Origin: a virus
Taxonomy: Duplodnaviria > Heunggongvirae > Uroviricota > Caudoviricetes
DNA length: 9,444 nucleotides
Virus record (IMG/VR): IMGVR_UViG_2695420714_000010
Reading direction: 5' to 3' (one strand)
Part shown: piece by piece, positions 4,476-9,444 of the stretch
Layout: the number at the start of each line of letters is the position of its first letter
How positions within the stretch are numbered: the stretch's first letter is position 1
Program-made: the position numbers and the translations under genes
The notes under the pieces: model-generated
What the model was told of the DNA's origin: nothing
The model's input: only the letters and a program-made list of their open reading frames with translations
The model's database searches: none

Positions 4476-7274
4476 ATGTGGGGAAGTGAAAACAAACAAA
4501 ATCTGGACGTACTGGATCCTGTGCAGTTGGTGCGTATCGAAGCGGTACACCGGGGGTTCCTTTACCAGCATCTTTACGCTGTAGGCTGCTTACTTTTGGC
4601 GCAGAGGGCAGCTATGGACTCAGTAACTGTCGAGCTTGATGAGGATATTGAGCTGAAATCCAAACAGGAACGTCTCTACATTCAGGTTAAAACCCGTTCA
4701 AAACCTATTATGCCCAACGATGTGTCGGGGGCTCTGGAGCGATTTGTAAAGCTCAGAAATGAGCATACTTCGGCAAACCGCGAAGGGGTGGCTTCTTTTG
4801 TGATTATTGTAAACCAGGCGCCTGGACCGCTGCTTCAGAAGATGATTGACGATAAAAAGCTTCCTTCTGATGTTCTTATTGTCTGGCCCCAGTCGACAGC
4901 TGGACGTCACCCGGCACTTCCGCCCGCATGGAGTACTCTGGCTGATGCGGCCACATGGTGTATCGCAGAAGCAGAAAAGCTGAAATTTTCACTATTGTCC
5001 CCAGAATCCTTGATTTGGAAGTTAGCAGGATTGGTTCAGCTTGCCGCCACCGGAGGCGATACCAATGGACAACATACGTTTTTCACGGAAGAACTTACTG
5101 AACTATTTGAACAGTTGATCGTTCAGCTACAGGACTTTCCTGCACCACCAGCACTGTACCGCCCACAGAACGAAGAACCTTCTCTCACATCTGGTGAGCG
5201 GATCCGTATCCTTTGTGGACTCTCAGGTGCAGGCAAGACAGCTTGGGCCGCACAGGCCGCATTACACTCCACTGCACTTTGTGCTTATTACGACACCGGT
5301 GATCTTCCCGGTCCAGCTCTGGCCAGTACGCTGGTGCGCGAGATGGCTGCTAGATTTACAGCCCGTGACCAAGACGGTTTGCGCAGGATTTTGCTCCCCG
5401 GTGCCAGTGGTTTTGAGGCTCTTAGGAGTTTTGATACCTACCTGAAAGAGCAGGGTACCACCTTGGTGCTGGTTCTGGATAACGCCCATCGTGTACCTGC
5501 GGAAAATCTACTGGATGTTCTGAATGCAACTACACATATTCGTTTTGTGCTGTTGTGCCAGCCTCACGAAAACGTTCGCGAACTGGAGGTCATGACGGGG
5601 CTACAGCGCGAGGGCCTGCAGGGATGGAATCTCGATACGGTAGCTGTCGTTGTAAACGATATCGGAGGATTTGCCACCGCTATGGGATACGAGCAGCTAC
5701 GGGCTTACACTGGTGGTCTTCCCCTGTATGTAGAGAGCGCCGCAAAAATCGCCGTTTCTGATTATGAGCGTAATGTCGATGCTCTGTGTGCTGAACTCCA
5801 GCAACAAACCCATACTGCGGAAACCGCCCAAGAAATTATTCTGTCACGTGTATTTCAGGGATTTGAATCACTACTTCAGAGCGCGCTGGCATTGTTCAGT
5901 CTCTCTGACGTAGGGCTGAGTCGCGAAGAGATTTCTACGCTCCTAATCAATTCGCTGAACATTTCACCAAGCAGTGCTGCTTCTTTAATTAGGAAAATGC
6001 GCGCTACTGGCACTATTGAAATTTATGGAAACCAGACCCTGAAGGTACATGATGCTGTCAGGGGGCTAGGACTGCAACATCTGGAACTGATGGATCAGGG
6101 TATATCGAACAAAGCGCTACTAGCGCTGAAAGACCTTTTAGTTGAAAGTCTTCATAATACCCGCAATACAAAACGGTTATCGTTGTTGACTCAACTTTAT
6201 ATTAAGCTCAATGATGTCACGACGTTGATCGAACTCTCAGGCCAAGAAATGTTTTATGAGATGGGCGTGACGGTCGACATTCTTGCAAGCTTGGAGCGTG
6301 CTGCAACATCGGACTTATTGGGACCTGTTCATAAATTCTGGGCATTGGATGGCCTTGTTTTCGTTGAGCTTAAAGACGGAATATCCGACCACATTGCTCA
6401 GAGGTTAAACATCATGGGAGCTTTACTTGCGGAGCACAAGTTCGGCTATCAAGAAGAGATGGCCTATGCAATGAAACGAATGTTATTTTCGGCAGAAAGC
6501 AATGATGCACGAGAAGTTCAAAAGCTGGCACAGGAAGTCCGCCCCCAACTCCCAGATGAAGAACATAAACGCATCTTTGACTACAACCATGCCATTGCAC
6601 TCTGGAGATTAAAAAAACTCAAGGATGCTGAAACATTAAGCTGTAATGTTATACAAGGGTACTATTCTTTATTTGGTATCACACCTGCTGATGTCATAGG
6701 AAAAAACGCCGACGCATTATGGAAAACTATTAATCATTCCGAAAATATGCAGGAACACTTTAAACATATGGCTGATGCTCTGGAGTTGCTGGCCAGAATT
6801 CGTGATGCGCAGGGAAAACTGTCACCATTACTGCGTATTCATTCGATGAAGTTCTACAATCTGGCCATGGCCCCGGAATCCATGGTCAGGGTGGGCCAAG
6901 ATCTGGCGGATGAGTTTGTTGCCATAAAGGATTACGACGGTGCCAAGGAAGTCATGGAGCAACATGTCCTGCCGGTTGTCAATGAGGCAGGTCTAGTACA
7001 TCGACTGATTCAGGTTCGAAGCCAATACGCAGTCATATTAGCACTATCGGGTCAGCATAAAGCAGCTGATGTCGAAATGCAGCGCCTTGCTCCCTATATC
7101 GAAGGCCTCACAGGTGTACAGCGTCAAGAAATCCAAAATCAATCAAATTACATCGTACAGCTTGCCCATAAAGCAGCAAAGACTAAATTAACTGAAGTTT
7201 TTGGTGCGGTCGGCCGGAATGAACAATGCCCCTGTGGCTCGGGAATAAAGTACAAAAAATGTCACGGTGCCTGA
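4476..7274 (+). CDS. large multidomain protein (932 aa): N-terminal PD-(D/E)xK-like nuclease region, STAND-type P-loop NTPase, winged helix with VHD motif, helical-repeat C-terminal region, terminal SEC-C zinc motif; candidate antiviral STAND (Avs-like) defence protein
   Basis: Single uninterrupted ORF with AAGGA about 10 nt upstream of the ATG. Walker A ILCGLSGAGKT (nt 5217-5240), Walker B TLVLVLDNAH (nt 5463-5483), VHD motif KVHDAVRGL (nt 6042-6068), SEC-C CPCGSGIKYKKCHG (nt 7227-7268), N-terminal VELDEDIELK...YIQVK (nt 4632-4691). The gene is certain; the function is inferred from motifs only. Confidence 0.85.
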   Translation: MWGSENKQNLDVLDPVQLVRIEAVHRGFLYQHLYAVGCLLLAQRAAMDSVTVELDEDIELKSKQERLYIQVKTRSKPIMPNDVSGALERFVKLRNEHTSANREGVASFVIIVNQAPGPLLQKMIDDKKLPSDVLIVWPQSTAGRHPALPPAWSTLADAATWCIAEAEKLKFSLLSPESLIWKLAGLVQLAATGGDTNGQHTFFTEELTELFEQLIVQLQDFPAPPALYRPQNEEPSLTSGERIRILCGLSGAGKTAWAAQAALHSTALCAYYDTGDLPGPALASTLVREMAARFTARDQDGLRRILLPGASGFEALRSFDTYLKEQGTTLVLVLDNAHRVPAENLLDVLNATTHIRFVLLCQPHENVRELEVMTGLQREGLQGWNLDTVAVVVNDIGGFATAMGYEQLRAYTGGLPLYVESAAKIAVSDYERNVDALCAELQQQTHTAETAQEIILSRVFQGFESLLQSALALFSLSDVGLSREEISTLLINSLNISPSSAASLIRKMRATGTIEIYGNQTLKVHDAVRGLGLQHLELMDQGISNKALLALKDLLVESLHNTRNTKRLSLLTQLYIKLNDVTTLIELSGQEMFYEMGVTVDILASLERAATSDLLGPVHKFWALDGLVFVELKDGISDHIAQRLNIMGALLAEHKFGYQEEMAYAMKRMLFSAESNDAREVQKLAQEVRPQLPDEEHKRIFDYNHAIALWRLKKLKDAETLSCNVIQGYYSLFGITPADVIGKNADALWKTINHSENMQEHFKHMADALELLARIRDAQGKLSPLLRIHSMKFYNLAMAPESMVRVGQDLADEFVAIKDYDGAKEVMEQHVLPVVNEAGLVHRLIQVRSQYAVILALSGQHKAADVEMQRLAPYIEGLTGVQRQEIQNQSNYIVQLAHKAAKTKLTEVFGAVGRNEQCPCGSGIKYKKCHGA

Positions 7275-7551
7275 GTCTTTGTACGACCATGCGGGCCTTA
7301 TTGTCTTGCTATTGCTCTTATGGTTCGCCTTTCTGATTGATTTCATATTGGCGAGGTGACGGGAGTTAAGTAGAATGGCTGCGGGTGCTTGAGGCTATCT
7401 GTCTCAGGCATGAACACCAAAGGCAGATAGAGAAAAGCCCCAGTTAACATTACGCGTCCTGCAAGACGCTTAACATTAATCTGAGGCTCAATCTATGAAC
7501 GGCAAATCTAGGTTAGCCTCTTACGTGCCGAAAGGCAAGGAGAAGCAGGCT

Positions 7552-7707
7552 ATGAAGCAGCAAAAGGCGATGTTAATCGTCCTGATCGTCATCTGTTTAA
7601 CCGTCATAGTGACGGCACTGGTAACGAGGAAAGACCTCTGCGAGGTACGAATCCGAACCGGCCAGACGGAGGTCGCTGTCTTCACAGCTTACGAACCTGA
7701 GGAGTAA
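7552..7707 (+). CDS. hokD: Hok/Gef-family membrane toxin (51 aa), HokD/RelF-like
   Basis: MKQQKAMLIVLIVICLTVIVTALVTRKDLCEVRIRTGQTEVAVFTAYEPEE: single hydrophobic helix plus the conserved LVTRKxLCE...EVAVFxAYE signature of Hok/Gef toxins. Matches my recollection of E. coli RelF/HokD almost residue for residue. AAGGAG about 9 nt upstream of ATG 7552. The ORF track extends the frame to 7495, but the 51-aa form fits the family. Confidence 0.8.
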   Translation: MKQQKAMLIVLIVICLTVIVTALVTRKDLCEVRIRTGQTEVAVFTAYEPEE

Positions 7708-7775
7708 GAGACCAGGCGGGGGAGAAATCCCTCGCCACCTCTGATGTGTCAGGCATCCTCAATGCACCCGCACTT

Positions 7776-7802
7776 AACCCGCTTCGGCGGGTTTTGTTTT
7801 TT
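7776..7802 (+). terminator. rho-independent terminator downstream of hok
   Basis: AACCCGC-TTCG-GCGGGTT stem-loop followed by TTGTTTTTT. Confidence 0.6.
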
Positions 7803-7874
7803 CCTGGCATTCTGGTTTACAATTCGCACGCCAGCCTGAACAACTGGCACCTGCTGCGCCAGCAGAGACAACCG

Positions 7875-8153
7875 ATGGCGCACGATACCAAATTACACAA
7901 TTCTAATGATTCTGCTGTCTTTGCCAGCAGGTGCGGACGGCGTTTTCACGCATTCACATCAGACTGGTTCCAGCATCCTCCATGCACTGAAGAGCAGGCT
8001 GAATGGATAATTCAGTGTTACCGCAGGCGTGGATACGAGGTTAAGAAAGCTCTTAGTCTCGACTATCGTCACTGGATAATCTCAGTCAGACTCCCTTACT
8101 CCGAACGCCCACCGCGTCCGTCCCGCACATTCCAGCAACGCATCTGGAGGTAA
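7875..8153 (+). CDS. small prophage protein, copy 1 (92 aa; conserved core WFQHPPCTEEQAEWIIQCYRRRGYEVKKALSLDYRHWIISVRLP); possibly Rem-like by position
   Basis: In-frame ATG inside ORF-track ORF 7746-8153. The upstream part of that ORF overlaps the hok terminator and has no counterpart in the paralogue at 8575, so the start is placed at 7875. Translationally coupled to the next gene. Confidence 0.55.
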   Translation: MAHDTKLHNSNDSAVFASRCGRRFHAFTSDWFQHPPCTEEQAEWIIQCYRRRGYEVKKALSLDYRHWIISVRLPYSERPPRPSRTFQQRIWR

Positions 8154-8468
8154 CGTGCGGGTATTACTTCGACCTGTTCTGGTACCGGAACTCGGGCTGG
8201 TGATCGTTAAGCCGGGCCGTGAATCCATGCCGGTATTCCACAATACCCGGGTACTGGTGGAGCCGGAACCGAAAAGCATGCGTAATCTGCCGTCCGGGGT
8301 CGTTCCTGCCGTTCGCCAGCCGCTGGTGGAAGACAAAACATTGCTGCCGTTTTTCAGTAACGCACGGGTGATTCGTGCTGCTGGTGGTGCTGGTGCATTG
8401 TCTGACTGGCTGTTGCGCCATATTAAATCCTGCCAGTGGCCACACGGCGATTATCATCACAGCGAAAC
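7875..8468. repeat. direct repeat, copy A of the small-gene + DUF968 cassette (paired with 8575-9168, offset exactly 700 bp)
   Basis: From about 7961 to 8468 the sequence is near-identical to 8661-9168 by eye. The 5' 85 bp (7875-7960 vs 8575-8660) are homologous but diverged. Confidence 0.7.
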
Positions 8469-8508
8469 AGGAATAAAAGCAGGCTTTTCAGCTTTTGCAG
8501 AAGAATAA
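8155..8508 (+). pseudogene. 3'-truncated DUF968 (YdfU)-family / NinG(Rap)-like protein, copy 1 (117 aa, homology lost after ...HGDYHHSET)
   Basis: GTG 8155 immediately after the upstream stop, with GGAGG 5 nt upstream. Near-identical to the first 105 codons of the gene at 8855, then diverges at 8469 and stops at 8506-8508, before the CWHCDN zinc-finger-like segment present in copy 2. Confidence 0.55.
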
Positions 8509-8574
8509 ACTCATCTACAATCTTGCGCGGGGCTGAACTCCCGCTGAGTAACACCGTGCCACCGGAGAAAACCG

Positions 8575-8853
8575 ATGGCACGCAACGTAAAATATTACAA
8601 TTCTGATAATTCGCCCGTTCTTGCCTGCACGCACGAGCGGTATTCTCACGCATTCAAGTCTGAATGGTTCCAGCACCCTCCATGCACTGAAGAGCAGGCG
8701 GAATGGATAATTCAGTGTTACCGCAGGCGCGGATACGAGGTTAAGAAAGCTCTTAGTCTCGACTACCGTCACTGGATAATCTCAGTCAGATTGCCTAACT
8801 CCGAACGCCCACCGCGTCCGTCCCGTACATTCCAGCAACGCATCTGGAGGTAA
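8575..8853 (+). CDS. small prophage protein, copy 2 (92 aa), paralogue of 7875-8153
   Basis: ORF-track ORF with ATG 8575 and GGAG about 8 nt upstream. N-terminal 30 aa diverged from copy 1, the remainder near-identical. Confidence 0.65.
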   Translation: MARNVKYYNSDNSPVLACTHERYSHAFKSEWFQHPPCTEEQAEWIIQCYRRRGYEVKKALSLDYRHWIISVRLPNSERPPRPSRTFQQRIWR

Positions 8854-9168
8854 CGTGCGGGTATTACTTCGACCTGTTCTGGTACCGGAACTCGGGATGG
8901 TGGTCGTTAAGCCGGGCCGTGAATCCATGCCGGTATTCCACAATACCCGGGTACTGGTGGAGCCGGAACCGAAAAGCATGCGTAATCTGCCGTCCGGGGT
9001 CGTTCCTGCCGTTCGCCAGCCGCTGGTGGAAGACAAAACATTGCTGCCGTTTTTCAGTAACGCACGGGTAATTCGTGCTGCTGGTGGTGCTGGTGCATTG
9101 TCTGACTGGCTGTTGTGCCATATTAAATCCTGCCAGTGGCCACACGGCGATTATCATCACAGCGAAAC
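8575..9168. repeat. direct repeat, copy B of the small-gene + DUF968 cassette
   Basis: See copy A. Identity ends at 8468/9168, after which copy A has unrelated sequence and copy B continues as coding sequence. Confidence 0.7.
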
Positions 9169-9444
9169 CGTCATTCACCGTTATGGTACCGGCGCAATGG
9201 TGTTGTGCTGGCACTGCGACAACCAGCTGCGTGACCAGACATCCGAATCACTCGGGCAACTTGCTCATCAAAACCTGTCAGCATGGATGATTGACGTCAT
9301 CGGTCACGCAATAAGCGGTACGCAGGAGCGTGAATTATCTTTGGCTGAATTATCCTGGTGGGCGGTCCGCAATCAGGTGGCGGACGCGCTACCGGAAGCG
9401 GTATTACGTCGTTCGCTGGGGTTGCGTGCGGAAAAAATCCGCTC
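8855..9444 (+). CDS. DUF968 (YdfU)-family / NinG(Rap)-like protein, copy 2, apparently intact; 3' end beyond the window
   Basis: GTG 8855 coupled to the upstream gene (GGAGG-TAA-C-GTG). Frame is open to the window end (196 codons, manually translated). Contains a Cys/His cluster (CQWPHGDYHHSE ... LCWHCDNQ) reminiscent of NinG/Rap HNH-like zinc motifs. Confidence 0.65.
   Translation, partial: MRVLLRPVLVPELGMVVVKPGRESMPVFHNTRVLVEPEPKSMRNLPSGVVPAVRQPLVEDKTLLPFFSNARVIRAAGGAGALSDWLLCHIKSCQWPHGDYHHSETVIHRYGTGAMVLCWHCDNQLRDQTSESLGQLAHQNLSAWMIDVIGHAISGTQERELSLAELSWWAVRNQVADALPEAVLRRSLGLRAEKIR

Noticed and set aside
4698-6600. Antisense and alternative-frame ORFs inside the 932-aa gene (4698-4910 minus, 5194-5445 plus, 5262-5489 minus, 5555-5761 plus, 6412-6600 minus)
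   Set aside because: They lie wholly within a long ORF with coherent domain motifs. Their translations are low-complexity or Arg/Cys-rich, and none has a ribosome-binding site.
7495-7551. In-frame N-terminal extension of the hok ORF (MNGKSRLASYVPKGKEKQA...)
   Set aside because: Hok/Gef toxins are about 50 aa. The internal ATG at 7552 has a good AAGGAG Shine-Dalgarno and gives the canonical MKQQKAML... N-terminus.
7746-7874. N-terminal 43 codons of the 135-aa ORF 7746-8153
   Set aside because: Overlaps the hok rho-independent terminator (7776-7802), has no counterpart upstream of the paralogue at 8575, and has no ribosome-binding site. The gene most likely starts at ATG 7875.
8082-9290. ORFs on the minus strand and in other frames across the duplicated cassettes (8082-8336, 8164-8460, 8423-8653, 8515-8772, 8782-9036, 8864-9214, 9075-9290)
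   Set aside because: Mirror images of the plus-strand small-gene/DUF968 genes. They are duplicated only because the DNA is duplicated, and have no start-site signals.
1-9444. CRISPR arrays, tRNA/rRNA genes, integrase or transposase, att sites
   Set aside because: No regularly spaced short repeats with unique spacers, no tRNA-like T-arm motifs, and no ORFs with recombinase-like features were seen. The only repeats are the iterons, the operators and the 700-bp cassette duplication.

Overview
This window reads as a mosaic lambdoid (Rac/Qin-like) enterobacterial prophage segment, annotated from sequence alone with no database searches run. Left to right: a leftward early operon of small genes (634-1248, minus strand); a lambda-style immunity switch with a short HTH repressor (1433-1852, minus) flanked by two pairs of ATACCCATGGGTAT-type palindromic operators; rightward Cro/YdaS-like and CII/YdaT-like genes; and an O-like replication initiator carrying its own iteron origin, whose reading frame is broken at a partial iteron block. 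No helicase-loader gene follows. Instead there are two small ORFs and a 932-aa single-gene candidate defence protein (4476-7274): N-terminal PD-(D/E)xK-like nuclease region, STAND-type P-loop NTPase (Walker A GLSGAGKT, Walker B LVLVLDN, VHD winged-helix motif), about 370 aa of helical repeats, and a C-terminal SEC-C zinc motif (CPCGSGIKYKKCHG). This is the most likely novel system in the window. Downstream are a Hok/Gef-family toxin (HokD/RelF-like) with a rho-independent terminator, then two tandem paralogous cassettes of a small protein plus a DUF968/NinG-like protein, the first copy 3'-truncated. No tRNA, rRNA, CRISPR array, integrase or transposase was found.
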